A stretch of 64,000 nt of DNA from an uncultured virus (IMG/VR IMGVR_UViG_3300025864_000013) (Duplodnaviria > Heunggongvirae > Uroviricota > Caudoviricetes). The stretch lies in IMG/VR virus record IMGVR_UViG_3300025864_000013; one strand, written 5' to 3'. Shown in pieces: positions 29,639 through 39,783 of this stretch. The translations under genes and the position numbers were made by a program. Under the pieces are notes generated by a model, which did no database searches, was not told where the DNA came from, and saw only the letters and a program-made list of their open reading frames with translations. Within the stretch, counting starts at the first letter, position 1. Each line of letters begins with the position of its first letter.

Positions 29639-31081
29639 CTATGCAGTGCCACCATCTGTTATTGTCCATCCATGACCACCACTGCCAGTTGCCAATACTA
29701 AATGTGCCCTTGCTGCCGCTGCTGCCCCTCCTGCGGTATATTTTGCAGTCACTACACTAAGTGTTACTGTATTCCCAACTGCTTGTGCTCCCCATGAAAT
29801 CAATAAAGCATCATAATTAGCGGTTGAAAAAGCAGTCGCCCCAGTAAACATAGTTGTCATATTTGTTACCTTAGCAACATTAAAACCAGATACATCCTGA
29901 TTAAAGGCAGCACACCCCTTAAACATAGTGTTCATATCTGTTACCTTAACTGTATTAAAACTTGCCACACTTTGATTAAAAGCAGTACAACCCTCGAACA
30001 TGCTAATCATGGTTGTTACATTAGCAGTATTAAAATTAACAGGAGAATTAAAAGCAGGACAAGTATGAAACATTAAATTCATAGCAGCTGTAGCCGATGT
30101 ATTCGGTGCATCTGTATATGTTCCAGTTAGATTTGCACAACCTGCAAAGGCAAGGTACATGCTGCCCCATGCAATATCTCCCCAATGTGCAATTGTTAAT
30201 AATTTGAGTTTATCCCCTCCCCAAGCAAAATATATTCTCGGGAAAGTACCTCTGATCATAACTGTCTTTATTCCAGTCGTTGCATAAGTATGTGTTGTCG
30301 CTGGTGCTGTTCCTGTTATATGTTCTTCTGCACCTCCATCTCCCCAATCTGCATAAAAGTCATACCCAGCCCCTGTTGTCGGTATTACAATTGTTTTAGT
30401 TGCCGATCCTGCATTTTCAGTTTGCCATGTTGTTACAAAATAATTAAGAGAATTATTGGTAACTGCCTGATCTGCAAATGTAGCTACCTCTCCTCCTGAT
30501 ACTAATTCTTTTAACGGATTGGCTCCCGGCTTTGTATAATTAACAGTCACCACATCAGTTGAAACATAACCCGGAGTTACTGTTAACGTAACGACTGCCC
30601 CTGTAATAGCAACACTGGAGACGGTTTTCCCTGCAAGTGTAAAAGCAGCAGTGGCAGGCACAGAATTTTCATCCAGTGCTGTGTTAAAAGTTATTGCCAC
30701 TAATGTATGAGTAGCTGCTTCAATCACCGCACTTGACACGACAGGAATTACTGCAAGTGCTGCCCCTCCTATGTTCTCCCATCCAGTATTTTCTGCACCC
30801 GCAAATCCATTAACTAATAATTCAACATCCACAACATAAGCAGCACTCCTTGCACCTTCACGAAATCTACATCCTTCGCCTGCAACATCAGGATAACTTG
30901 CTAAGTCAATCCATACATCATCAATAAGTGCCTGCTCTACAAATAAATGATTGAGTTGTCCTGTGCGACACTGTGTACCTGTAATAGGATTCTTTACTAC
31001 CTTAAACTGACCCTCTGAATAATAATAATATTGCATATCTTTTATATTAAAACCATGTGTTAATTCCCATATTCTCTCCAA
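29639..31081 (-). CDS. adhesin-like protein: SwmB-like Ig domain plus DUF285/BspA repeats
   Basis: FN..V.F.T..VT.M..MF..C.AFNQ repeats; DWGDG. Confidence 0.8.
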   Translation of the reverse strand: MERIWELTHGFNIKDMQYYYYSEGQFKVVKNPITGTQCRTGQLNHLFVEQALIDDVWIDLASYPDVAGEGCRFREGARSAAYVVDVELLVNGFAGAENTGWENIGGAALAVIPVVSSAVIEAATHTLVAITFNTALDENSVPATAAFTLAGKTVSSVAITGAVVTLTVTPGYVSTDVVTVNYTKPGANPLKELVSGGEVATFADQAVTNNSLNYFVTTWQTENAGSATKTIVIPTTGAGYDFYADWGDGGAEEHITGTAPATTHTYATTGIKTVMIRGTFPRIYFAWGGDKLKLLTIAHWGDIAWGSMYLAFAGCANLTGTYTDAPNTSATAAMNLMFHTCPAFNSPVNFNTANVTTMISMFEGCTAFNQSVASFNTVKVTDMNTMFKGCAAFNQDVSGFNVAKVTNMTTMFTGATAFSTANYDALLISWGAQAVGNTVTLSVVTAKYTAGGAAAAARAHLVLATGSGGHGWTITDGGTA

Positions 31082-33011
31082 CTCGAGTGAAAGGTGTTAT
31101 AGGACTATACCTTACTAAATTAATCCTATCACTATAAAATTTCAATATTTGATAGCCTCCCCAAAGAGAAATGCACGCCATACCCGAATAATAGGCAACA
31201 TCATTGACCACACGGTATTCTCCCTGTAAATGATTATGTCCAGAGTACACAACTTTAATCCCATATTTTTCACACAAAGCCATAGCCTCTTCCTGTCCAT
31301 ATCCGGGAGATATGTACGTACGAGCAATACCATCAGCTCCGACCGGCACATTATATATAGGTATATGACAGAACAATATAACTCTTCCCGATGCTGCTAT
31401 TATTTGAGCTTCTAACCAAGTTAACTCATCGGTCTCAATTGCTCCAAGAGGTGCTACTCCTACTGGGAAAGTAGTATGGAAACCAATCAATGTAAAGTCA
31501 CCAATATTTTGAACAAAACGATGCGGAAATAAATCCAATCCTGCATTTTCATCATGATTGCCTTCAAATTCAATAGTTGTATTTGCCAGATTAACAAATG
31601 AAGCATCAAAAGTGTCTTTTTCTGTCTGAAGTCCATTTTCCGTTAAGTCTCCTAAAAGTATATTCACATCAGCATCTATTGTATTGAACTGTGCAACCAA
31701 AGCATCTAATTCTCCTGCTTGCCAGATTGCATTACCTACATGGATATCTGAAGCTACAATGATAGTATGAAGCAAAGTATTACTCGGTACTTGTTTTTGA
31801 ACCCCGGCATGAACAGCCTCAAAACTCTTAAACTGAATATCATCATGTGTTGAAAATAGACCAATATAGGTATTGTCTATAATTGATACATCCGCAATTG
31901 TCGCATCAGTACTAACTTGAATATTATCATAGTAAACAGCAAATGTCGTTTTATCCTTCCTGACTATTTCTAAATTACGGAAGTCTAATATTATTACTGC
32001 TCCTGTTTTCAATAATGAATGAACGCCAGCTACGCATTTATATAAAGAAATATCCCCGCTCTTAAATTCAGTATTGTTTCTTGCTATTGCATATACATAA
32101 TTCAGTGGATTTGCAGCACTATCCAGACACATAAATATACCACCCTCTGCTCTGCCAAATAAATTTATTTCTGTACTAACCCTCAATTTATCAACATAAG
32201 AACAATCACGGGATAAGAATAATTCTGTTGTAGTTAAGGGCTTAATACTTATATTGTCATAAGCGCATACTGATCCTGCGGGTGCATATAAACGTAAATT
32301 TGCATAATTATCAAGAATACTTCTGAATGTATATATATATTCAGCAAAATTTGCGTTTATAACCTTTAACACATCCGTTGAAGTACCTATTAATCCTGAG
32401 AGTAATCTAAAATAAGCTGTTGTTCCACTAACAAGTTTAGCCCAACCATCCAATTTATACCACGTATTAGAAACAAATAATACAGACCTCTCAACCAGAT
32501 TATTTGCATTATCTCCTCCGGTAATTCCTTGAGCCTTACTGCCTGCTATTCCCACTTCCTCCGTAACCGTAGGCGTTCCTGTCTTTGTCCAACTCGGAGC
32601 CAACCCTGCGGTATATGCACCCTCAAATGTTCCGTTTGTTAATTTTTCATTCCCTAAAACTGGAGTATTAATTACCTTACCATCAACTATTGACCATGTT
32701 GAACCAACCCAGTCATTACCAACTGCACCATTTGCACGATCAAATAAATCCTGTGTCCAAATTTCATTGCTGTAAATACTTACAAAATCAATATTCTCAA
32801 CCCCATTAAAACCCGGTGATTCAGTAAGTCGAACATCAACGCTGTAAATTTCATTAACCCCCTGCATCCTTACTACCTTGCGCATGTAGGTAGAACCGTC
32901 ATCAAAGAGTTGCTTCCAGCTCTGTATACCTAAATTAGACCCTATGGTAAGGCCCCCGTTAGAAGCCGGAATTTTAGCAAAGGGCAATATGGAGCAATTA
33001 CCGATACCCAT
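31047..33011 (-). CDS. CBM-like domains plus calcineurin-like metallophosphoesterase
   Basis: SDIH, GDL, GNHD, CHIP, SGHNH. Confidence 0.8.
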   Translation of the reverse strand: MGIGNCSILPFAKIPASNGGLTIGSNLGIQSWKQLFDDGSTYMRKVVRMQGVNEIYSVDVRLTESPGFNGVENIDFVSIYSNEIWTQDLFDRANGAVGNDWVGSTWSIVDGKVINTPVLGNEKLTNGTFEGAYTAGLAPSWTKTGTPTVTEEVGIAGSKAQGITGGDNANNLVERSVLFVSNTWYKLDGWAKLVSGTTAYFRLLSGLIGTSTDVLKVINANFAEYIYTFRSILDNYANLRLYAPAGSVCAYDNISIKPLTTTELFLSRDCSYVDKLRVSTEINLFGRAEGGIFMCLDSAANPLNYVYAIARNNTEFKSGDISLYKCVAGVHSLLKTGAVIILDFRNLEIVRKDKTTFAVYYDNIQVSTDATIADVSIIDNTYIGLFSTHDDIQFKSFEAVHAGVQKQVPSNTLLHTIIVASDIHVGNAIWQAGELDALVAQFNTIDADVNILLGDLTENGLQTEKDTFDASFVNLANTTIEFEGNHDENAGLDLFPHRFVQNIGDFTLIGFHTTFPVGVAPLGAIETDELTWLEAQIIAASGRVILFCHIPIYNVPVGADGIARTYISPGYGQEEAMALCEKYGIKVVYSGHNHLQGEYRVVNDVAYYSGMACISLWGGYQILKFYSDRINLVRYSPITPFTRVGENMGINTWF

Positions 33012-33017
33012 TAGTTC

Positions 33018-33281
33018 TTATTGATAAAGAATGTAGGAAACATTAAGTGCCGCTGCCCCTGTAGCGATTACTTTAAGATAAGCGCAAGAAGATCCCATCC
33101 CTCCAATTGAAATAGGAACTCCGGTTGGTATTGGAGCTGAATTACCGGCATCGTCAACAAGCGTGAATCCGTCAGCTGCTCCTGCATCAATTAAAAGCAG
33201 CGAGCTAAAGTTGGTAAATTCAGTTAAAGCCGTTATATTCCCTACTTTGGGTGACTTGCTACTGCGTGGATCTACTGCCAT
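33018..33281 (-). CDS. small beta-rich virion-type protein
   Basis: ORF track, composition. Confidence 0.55.
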   Translation of the reverse strand: MAVDPRSSKSPKVGNITALTEFTNFSSLLLIDAGAADGFTLVDDAGNSAPIPTGVPISIGGMGSSCAYLKVIATGAAALNVSYILYQ

Positions 33282-33292
33282 TGTCGTAAGTA

Positions 33293-33529
33293 TTAATTCA
33301 TTAATATTCTTTGTGCTTCACTGTCAGGTATTGTTCTTACTACTGTATTCTCAATCATGGAATATGTTTTTATCTGCATTATACCATCTCTTGACTTGGT
33401 AATCATAATGATAATATCGCCTGATCCACAATTAAACTTCTTCTCTTCGTGCGTAAATACCTTGCCAATGAACTCTTTTACTATATTGATATAGCTTGTT
33501 TTACCGGAAAGTACGTCAAATATATTCAT
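33293..33529 (-). CDS. hypothetical protein
   Basis: ORF track. Confidence 0.55.
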   Translation of the reverse strand: MNIFDVLSGKTSYINIVKEFIGKVFTHEEKKFNCGSGDIIIMITKSRDGIMQIKTYSMIENTVVRTIPDSEAQRILMN

Positions 33530-33552
33530 ATCATAAGGTTTTTGTTACAACA

Positions 33553-33560
33553 CAAATATA
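33553..33560 (-). promoter_or_regulatory. Bacteroidota -7 promoter element
   Basis: TATATTTG on the minus strand, intergenic. Confidence 0.5.
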
Positions 33561-33574
33561 AATAAAATTACTTT

Positions 33575-33730
33575 CTATTTAATCCATGGAACATATTTCC
33601 GAAGATAAATATCCGGGGTCAATAGTAATGCTGCAAGTAATACTACGCTTGCGATCATTATTACTTTCTTGTTCTTTTCAAAAAAGCCTACCGGCGTGGT
33701 AGTTACTGGTGTTGTTGAATCTGCTGCCAT
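33575..33730 (-). CDS. small membrane protein (not in track)
   Basis: MAADSTTP...KVIMIASVVLLAALLL... Confidence 0.65.
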   Translation of the reverse strand: MAADSTTPVTTTPVGFFEKNKKVIMIASVVLLAALLLTPDIYLRKYVPWIK

Positions 33731-33750
33731 GATATTGAGTTTTAAATGGT

Positions 33751-34008
33751 TTAAACTAGACTTTCATTCGCTACCGGGACGATAAGCGTTCCTGTTGTGT
33801 CAACGGTGCTAGATAATGAAGCTCCGTTTGTCGTTGGAGTGTCTGCAATATTAGCATCTGTAATTGTTGTTACTCCCGTTGCAGTTTCTTTTACTTTCGC
33901 TACAATGCTATCAATAGCAGTTTTTACCGTACCTCCTTTTAAATAATACTTGTAAGCAAATATCCCTGCCACTGCACCGAGTATTAACATTATTGTACCT
34001 TTTTTCAT
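33751..34008 (-). CDS. small membrane protein
   Basis: MKKGTIMLILGAVAGIFAYKY N-terminal TM. Confidence 0.65.
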   Translation of the reverse strand: MKKGTIMLILGAVAGIFAYKYYLKGGTVKTAIDSIVAKVKETATGVTTITDANIADTPTTNGASLSSTVDTTGTLIVPVANESLV

Positions 34009-34027
34009 CTTATTATGTATTAAATGA

Positions 34028-34618
34028 TTATGCAAATCTTATAAATCCTAAAAGTCTCAATCCGTTTGTTGTTGTGTAGTCTATCGGCCTCGTTTTCTCT
34101 GCAACGATATAACCTTCCGTGCCGCCTAGTGTATTAGTATTTCCCTCAATCGTTGTAAAGTTTCCAAAACCTAGTTTCTTAACAATTCCTGCGTGACCGT
34201 TCCATGTCGGAGTGCCATTTTGATAATCTCTCCATATTGCCATGTCTCCTGCTCTTGGTATTGAAGAGACAACAAAGCTCGGATCATTCTGCAGGTTCTC
34301 CCATGTTGTCCAAGTGCTGCCGGTTACTTTTTCCAGGATCTTAGCTTTGAGAAAATCAGGAGCCATATTATACCATGATACTTTCACGAAGAAAACACAC
34401 CAGGCATCGCCCGGCTGCCATCCTACCTGTTCCATTAGTTTTTGAAACTCAGCATTAGTAAAGCCCATATTGCCGGCAATTTCTGTTTGTCCTACAAGAC
34501 TCTCAGAGAAGGTAACAATCCTTTTACGGTTACGAATGGCAAATAACAAACCAAGGCCGACAAGGGCACTCGCAATGCCGACGTATAGATAAACCTTATT
34601 TTTGCCCGTAACTACCAT
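34028..34618 (-). CDS. membrane-anchored CHAP amidase
   Basis: AWCVFFV, GHAGIV, TIEGNT; N-terminal TM. Confidence 0.85.
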   Translation of the reverse strand: MVVTGKNKVYLYVGIASALVGLGLLFAIRNRKRIVTFSESLVGQTEIAGNMGFTNAEFQKLMEQVGWQPGDAWCVFFVKVSWYNMAPDFLKAKILEKVTGSTWTTWENLQNDPSFVVSSIPRAGDMAIWRDYQNGTPTWNGHAGIVKKLGFGNFTTIEGNTNTLGGTEGYIVAEKTRPIDYTTTNGLRLLGFIRFA

Positions 34619-34622
34619 AATG

Positions 34623-34838
34623 CTATACTGATTTTTTAATCGTTCTTGCAACAAGTACGCTAAGTCCTACTGCTGCGACAATGCCAACAACGGCAATTAT
34701 CACTGTCTGCATAGGAATATCAACAGAAACATTTGTGTTCAGTCCTTTGTCGCCGATCAGTCCCCCGAATATATCTCCTCCGGTTGAATTGTGTTGTTTC
34801 TCCCCTGATTTATTTGTTTTTTTTGGAAAATATATCAT
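34623..34838 (-). CDS. small membrane protein
   Basis: C-terminal TM. Confidence 0.6.
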   Translation of the reverse strand: MIYFPKKTNKSGEKQHNSTGGDIFGGLIGDKGLNTNVSVDIPMQTVIIAVVGIVAAVGLSVLVARTIKKSV

Positions 34839-34853
34839 TTCACGTCCCTCCTT

Positions 34854-36419
34854 TTATTTCTTTTTTCTTAATATCCATGTTAAAAATCCTGCGACCGCTA
34901 AAGCCCCTACTATATATACAGGGGTCATTCCTGCCTGTGTAGTAACTTTTGACAAAGGTTGTGTTAGTTGTTCTTTTGTAATAGGAATATTAGTGTTTGT
35001 GCCCTTGGCTAATAATACATTAGCTTTAGTTACGGCTATATCTGCCTGCCTCTGTGCTTCATCAATTAATACGGCCCTATTTGCTGCCGCTTGTGCTGCC
35101 TGATTAGCTACTGCGAGTTCTGCTGCCGTTGTTGCTACCTGCTGTAATCTGGCTGCCTCGATTACGGCTGCATCATTAGCTGCCTGTAATTGTTCTGCTC
35201 GTAGCTTTGCTTCTGCTGCCTCTTGTGCCTGTATCGCTATCCATGCAGCTTCATCTCTCTGCATCATTTCGATATTGGCCTGTGCTGCATCCGCATCTGC
35301 TTTTGTTTGTGCTGCAGCTGCTGCGTCGGCTGCTGCCTGAGCTGCTGTAAGTTCTGCAGCTGTTCTTGCATCATCTATTGCTTTTTGTGCTGCCGCTAGA
35401 TCAACTGCTGCCTGCGCTGCTCTCTGCTCTGCATATATCTGCTGTTGAGCTGCATCCTCTGCGTTCTGTGCCGTCTGTGCCGCTACCGCTGCTGCATATC
35501 CCGCTAACTGCTCTGGCGTAGGGCCGGACGAAGTAGCCGTAGTCGTAACAGCATTTGGAGGATTCATAATCGGTGGGTTTGTGCTATTTACAGCAGAAGT
35601 AGCATTGTTTACTCTCATCCCTACACCCAGAGTGTACTCAAGAGCTTCAATGACAGAGCTTGGTACTGTTTTTATATCAGCCCATTTAAACCCAAACTTT
35701 TCAAAATCAGTTGCTGTCTTAAACCACCGTAACCCACCTGAATAGTCAATAAGGAATACCGTACCTCCGGCATATCCATTTTCTCCTAACAATAAAGAAC
35801 CAACAGGATAACTTACTGGCGCAAGGGCTGCCTGAGTCGCTGCATATGTTGCCGCTGCATCTGCTGCGATTGCATTTTGTTGTTGAATAATATTCATTTG
35901 TCGGGCAAAGATAACATCGTAAGGATCTGTAACTCCCTGCCTTTTCATCTCCTGGTCTGTTAAATATCCAGCCCATTCAATATCTGTAATGCCATCAGGC
36001 CTTTCTCCATTTGCCTTTAGAGTAAATGTATTACCCCAGATTGAAACAAAAGAAGAAGAAGCAGAAAGAAGAGGGTCAATATATGTAATCGGTGCAGGTA
36101 ATGCCTGTTGCTGTATTAATAATGTTGCCGCTGCATCCGCTGCGATTGCATTTTGTTGTTGAATAATATTCATTTGTCTGGCAAAGATAACATCCTGTGC
36201 ATCCGTCACCCCCGGTCTTAACATTTCCTGTTCTGTCAAGTATCCTGCCCATTCAATATCTGTAATGCCATCAGGCCTTTCGCCATTAGCCTTTAATGTA
36301 AAAGTATTGCCCCAAATTGAAACAAAAGAAGAAGAAGAAGAACTCAATAAAGGATCAATATAGGAAATCGCATTGCGCCACAATGGGCTGTATTCTGCAT
36401 TATATTTTTTTGTTCTCAT
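34854..36419 (-). CDS. Ala/Gln-rich coiled-coil virion protein with tandem N-terminal repeats and C-terminal TM
   Basis: two copies of the YIDPLL...QNAIA domain, long AQ-rich helix, TM followed by RKKK. Confidence 0.7.
   Translation of the reverse strand: MRTKKYNAEYSPLWRNAISYIDPLLSSSSSSFVSIWGNTFTLKANGERPDGITDIEWAGYLTEQEMLRPGVTDAQDVIFARQMNIIQQQNAIAADAAATLLIQQQALPAPITYIDPLLSASSSFVSIWGNTFTLKANGERPDGITDIEWAGYLTDQEMKRQGVTDPYDVIFARQMNIIQQQNAIAADAAATYAATQAALAPVSYPVGSLLLGENGYAGGTVFLIDYSGGLRWFKTATDFEKFGFKWADIKTVPSSVIEALEYTLGVGMRVNNATSAVNSTNPPIMNPPNAVTTTATSSGPTPEQLAGYAAAVAAQTAQNAEDAAQQQIYAEQRAAQAAVDLAAAQKAIDDARTAAELTAAQAAADAAAAAQTKADADAAQANIEMMQRDEAAWIAIQAQEAAEAKLRAEQLQAANDAAVIEAARLQQVATTAAELAVANQAAQAAANRAVLIDEAQRQADIAVTKANVLLAKGTNTNIPITKEQLTQPLSKVTTQAGMTPVYIVGALAVAGFLTWILRKKK
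35850..36365. repeat. tandem ~250-bp coding repeat (third copy near 41380-41625)
   Basis: near-identical FVSIWGNTFTLKANGERP.GITDIEWAGYLT units. Confidence 0.85.
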
Positions 36420-36424
36420 TGCTC

Positions 36425-36871
36425 TTATGGCTTTATAGAAAATAAGCTATCAATAAATCCACCTTTTGATGAATCATTAACATAGCCCTGCATTGTATTA
36501 TATAGTGTATAAGATACCTGCCTTGCTCCGGCTATCTTATATAATGTGTTTTCCGTTCCTGTTCCAAAATGGCCATCCACAACAAGAATCGGCAATGCGT
36601 AAACATTATTCTCATCTATCTTCTTATTGAGATACATCTGCACTAGCCTGACACAAGACCTTTCCTGGTCGCTAAGATAACCGGAACCATATTTCAATGG
36701 CCATAAAATAAGCGGAGAGACGGTCTTGTCTCCTGTAATGTCGACGCTTGCAAGTATCGCCTTTTCGAGGTCGGTAGCTTTTTTGCGCCTGACAATAAAG
36801 AATCCCGCTACAAGTGCTATAACTCCGGTAATTGAACCTATGATAAGTATCTTCTGTGTCTTTGGACTCAT
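36425..36871 (-). CDS. TM-anchored peptidoglycan-binding protein
   Basis: LKYGS...VRLVQMYLN...VDGHFG..TE. Confidence 0.75.
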   Translation of the reverse strand: MSPKTQKILIIGSITGVIALVAGFFIVRRKKATDLEKAILASVDITGDKTVSPLILWPLKYGSGYLSDQERSCVRLVQMYLNKKIDENNVYALPILVVDGHFGTGTENTLYKIAGARQVSYTLYNTMQGYVNDSSKGGFIDSLFSIKP

Positions 36872-36884
36872 GGTAAGTTATATT

Positions 36885-37346
36885 TTAATATCCCCAAAAT
36901 GTTTTTGAATCAGAAACGCCAACCAACACTAATCTTCTATCAAGCCAGAAAAACAGATCGCCTTTCGTGTAGAAAGGGAATCCGTTTGTGTGTATTCCAA
37001 AAGCATTATATATCATTGTTTTATCAGCCGATGTCAATGTTTCTGCATTTGGAATATCTGTTAATAACCCGCCCCATGTTGGAAACATATTACCATCAAG
37101 GTTATTCCATATACGATCAGCAATGCTTTGTGCATCGTCTTTTGTTAAAGTTGCATGTCCGACAACAAGATGCTTGTCAACCGGAGCATTGCCTAAGCCT
37201 AAAAATTTTTTAACCTGTCGAACAATAATTACTACTCCGATAACGGCAACGACTGTAATAGCTCCGTAAACGACCAACTTTGCTGTACTAGGCTTCATTC
37301 CTGTCTTTGCTAACAATGCTTCCGGTATCGCTGTGATAACTCCCAT
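36885..37346 (-). CDS. membrane-anchored hypothetical protein
   Basis: N-terminal TM. Confidence 0.65.
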   Translation of the reverse strand: MGVITAIPEALLAKTGMKPSTAKLVVYGAITVVAVIGVVIIVRQVKKFLGLGNAPVDKHLVVGHATLTKDDAQSIADRIWNNLDGNMFPTWGGLLTDIPNAETLTSADKTMIYNAFGIHTNGFPFYTKGDLFFWLDRRLVLVGVSDSKTFWGY

Positions 37347-37349
37347 AAC

Positions 37350-37592
37350 TTATTGGTTTAAAGGTGTTGATTTTCCGAATGTTATAGGATCGTAAGTCCC
37401 TCCGCTTAATAACGCAATTAATAATGGAGCCTTTAATGCACCATTGATGTCTCTTGCTTCTGGATGTTTTTTTGCCCATTTATCAATCATGGAACCGCTT
37501 TCGGTACTTGAAATAGTTACACGAATAGAGTAAAGGATAATTACTGCTAATCCGATACCTCCAATGGTGTAAAATATAGTTTTCTTATCCAT
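37350..37592 (-). CDS. small membrane protein
   Basis: N-terminal TM. Confidence 0.6.
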   Translation of the reverse strand: MDKKTIFYTIGGIGLAVIILYSIRVTISSTESGSMIDKWAKKHPEARDINGALKAPLLIALLSGGTYDPITFGKSTPLNQ

Positions 37593-37600
37593 GGCTGTGA

Positions 37601-37819
37601 TTATTTAACAGTTGATAAAACATCAGTTCCGACCTGCGCATCGCTAGCGTTAGGCGCATATTTCTTTATCAGATCATGTACGTCACTACGTAGGCTATCG
37701 AGCTTTGCTTCCGCATTACCAACAAGAGCTGCCTCTTTTGCTTTATAGTCAGGAGTGTTAAGCACTACATAACGAGCGACTAAAAATCCTACTCCGAACC
37801 AGAATATCTTTTCGAACAT
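37601..37819 (-). CDS. small membrane protein
   Basis: N-terminal TM. Confidence 0.6.
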   Translation of the reverse strand: MFEKIFWFGVGFLVARYVVLNTPDYKAKEAALVGNAEAKLDSLRSDVHDLIKKYAPNASDAQVGTDVLSTVK

Positions 37820-37833
37820 AACTGTAAGTATTA

Positions 37834-38103
37834 CTAAAATCCAACCCCTAAATATGAATAATCCGTAGTATCTAATAGCGGATTTGCGGTCACTGGTGCT
37901 GCTGGAGTCTTTGTAAATATATTCTTTATGAGCGAACCAAGTCCAGCACCAATACTCTGAGCATTTGCTGCACTGATTTTTGGTTTACCAGCTGCTGCTT
38001 CATCCTGTTTTTTCTTATAGGCAGCATATCCTATGTAACTACCTATGGCAATTACTCCGATAACGGCTGTCCAGATGATAATTTTCTTTCCTTTTGATGT
38101 CAT
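37834..38103 (-). CDS. small membrane protein
   Basis: N-terminal TM followed by KKK. Confidence 0.65.
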   Translation of the reverse strand: MTSKGKKIIIWTAVIGVIAIGSYIGYAAYKKKQDEAAAGKPKISAANAQSIGAGLGSLIKNIFTKTPAAPVTANPLLDTTDYSYLGVGF

Positions 38104-38119
38104 GATATTGTGGTATTAA

Positions 38120-38431
38120 CTATTTTACTTTACTCTGTATCAAATATAAATCTGCTGCAAAATTCTTATCTACCGAACCCTTTTCATAATCAATCAGGGC
38201 GTTACTGCCTTCCATGTAGTACTGTACCGCATTTCGAGTGTCAGTATCATAGGCTCCTACGTTACTGAACTTAACTCCGGTCAATGCTGATAAAGCATTT
38301 TGAAGTCCACCGACTTCATTAGACTTATCGCCCAGACTGATTATGTCAGGATTAAATATCTTGTTTGCCTTGTAAAACGCAAGAGCGACAAGTATTCCAG
38401 CTGTAATTAATATCAGATATTGCTTTTTCAA
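38120..38431 (-). CDS. TM-anchored peptidoglycan-binding protein
   Basis: TTG start at 38431; ISLGDKSNEVGGLQNAL...G.YD..T..AV. Confidence 0.65.
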   Translation of the reverse strand: MKKQYLILITAGILVALAFYKANKIFNPDIISLGDKSNEVGGLQNALSALTGVKFSNVGAYDTDTRNAVQYYMEGSNALIDYEKGSVDKNFAADLYLIQSKVK

Positions 38432-38444
38432 GTTATCCCTGATA

Positions 38445-38558
38445 TTATACGGTTCCTGCTGCTTTCTTTGCCTGATAGAGTTTATAACCCTGATAAACTG
38501 CATAAGAGACGGCTCCGGCAACGACTGCCAAAATTGCGTATTTTACGATTGGTTTCAT
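38445..38558 (-). CDS. small membrane protein (not in track)
   Basis: MKPIVKYAILAVVAGAVSYAVYQGYKLYQAKKAAGTV. Confidence 0.6.
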   Translation of the reverse strand: MKPIVKYAILAVVAGAVSYAVYQGYKLYQAKKAAGTV

Positions 38559-38590
38559 GTTTTTAGTTTTATTAATTGTTTTATAATAAA

Positions 38591-39292
38591 TTATATTTTT
38601 AATAAGTTCAACATTCGCTGGTAGTTATCATCAGTATCATTCATGATATTTCCGAAAGCATTAACGGCCTCAATCTTAGGATAACCAAGCTGCTTGTAAA
38701 TATCAATAGCGTGTTGGTCGGCTTCCTGTTCGTCATCCTGATTGTAGCTTATGAAATTATGTGATACCTCATGAAGTAATATAATGATCCTCTCAGGAAT
38801 CGACATTTCATTAAACTTTGACTGGCTGACCTGAATAACTGGTTTCTCTACATGAATACGTGCAGGAGTCGGATGACTAGAGCCATCGTCACGGTAAATA
38901 TCACGAAGTAACTGAATTGTAAATGGCACTCCATCAGCCTTAAAATTTCCCGGACGTAAGATACCGCAATACCTTGAAAACTTCTCAATGAAGTTCGTCA
39001 TTTCATTTTCTACTGCCGGATCTCTGTCAAACGGAAGAAGCGTAATTGAAGATATTTCATACGGGGCGTCATCCTGTGACCAGATTGATATACGTAAATT
39101 ATGAGGAGACTGAGGACAATTCATTGTTACCTCTTCATCTCCGGTAATAAGGAAGCGTGATTTGAAATAGAAAGTATTAGGGGTTAACGGGTCATAACCT
39201 ATAATATAGATTGGTACATGATCCCCGCTTGTGGTAATCTTAAAATTGACTGCACACGGCAATCTTTTTGTATTAACCCGAAATTCCTTCAT
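38591..39292 (-). CDS. zincin metalloprotease
   Basis: LLHEVSH plus downstream EQEAD. Confidence 0.8.
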   Translation of the reverse strand: MKEFRVNTKRLPCAVNFKITTSGDHVPIYIIGYDPLTPNTFYFKSRFLITGDEEVTMNCPQSPHNLRISIWSQDDAPYEISSITLLPFDRDPAVENEMTNFIEKFSRYCGILRPGNFKADGVPFTIQLLRDIYRDDGSSHPTPARIHVEKPVIQVSQSKFNEMSIPERIIILLHEVSHNFISYNQDDEQEADQHAIDIYKQLGYPKIEAVNAFGNIMNDTDDNYQRMLNLLKI

Positions 39293-39482
39293 TAGGTTGA
39301 CTTCCTTTTTTATATATCAGGAAGTACCAAGCTGCGAGCAGTAATACACCCGCACCGATAAACCACGGCCACGGACTTTTTTGAATTTCCTTTACTGATC
39401 CCGACAATACGGCCTGATTTACCTTAGCCTGCTCGGTACTCTCTACTGCGTTTTTTTGAATAATTTTTTCAACTGTAATCAT
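39273..39482 (-). CDS. small membrane protein
   Basis: C-terminal TM. Confidence 0.6.
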   Translation of the reverse strand: MITVEKIIQKNAVESTEQAKVNQAVLSGSVKEIQKSPWPWFIGAGVLLLAAWYFLIYKKGSQPNEGISG

Positions 39483-39509
39483 AACTGTAAGGTTTTAATA
39501 GTGTAAAAG

Positions 39510-39517
39510 CAAATTTA
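39510..39517 (-). promoter_or_regulatory. Bacteroidota -7 promoter element
   Basis: TAAATTTG on the minus strand, intergenic. Confidence 0.5.
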
Positions 39518-39549
39518 ACTTTTTTGCCGAAACAACTACTAACCTGGTA

Positions 39550-39756
39550 TTACTTTTTGAACTTCTTATACAGGAAATATCCTGCGATAGCTATCCCTGC
39601 CCAGAGAAGTATCTTCTTTGTGTTGGCAGAAAGAAGTGGGGCCGGAACTGGAGGAGGGGGCGGTGCTGGTGAATTGGCAGCGGTATCGTCTCCGGCTGCT
39701 TTTCTGAAGTTCTTTTTCCGTGGATCGTAAGGTGTTTTGTCTAAAATGATTGGCAT
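39550..39756 (-). CDS. small membrane protein with NFRKAAG motif
   Basis: Pro-rich linker, C-terminal TM followed by KKFKK. Confidence 0.7.
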   Translation of the reverse strand: MPIILDKTPYDPRKKNFRKAAGDDTAANSPAPPPPPVPAPLLSANTKKILLWAGIAIAGYFLYKKFKK

Positions 39757-39783
39757 GATTTCTATTTGTTAAGTGGTTAATAA

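Noticed and set aside
34854..36419. Tail tape-measure protein of a tailed phage
   Set aside because: No tail tube, chaperone or baseplate genes nearby; the C-terminal TM plus basic tail matches the other membrane proteins.
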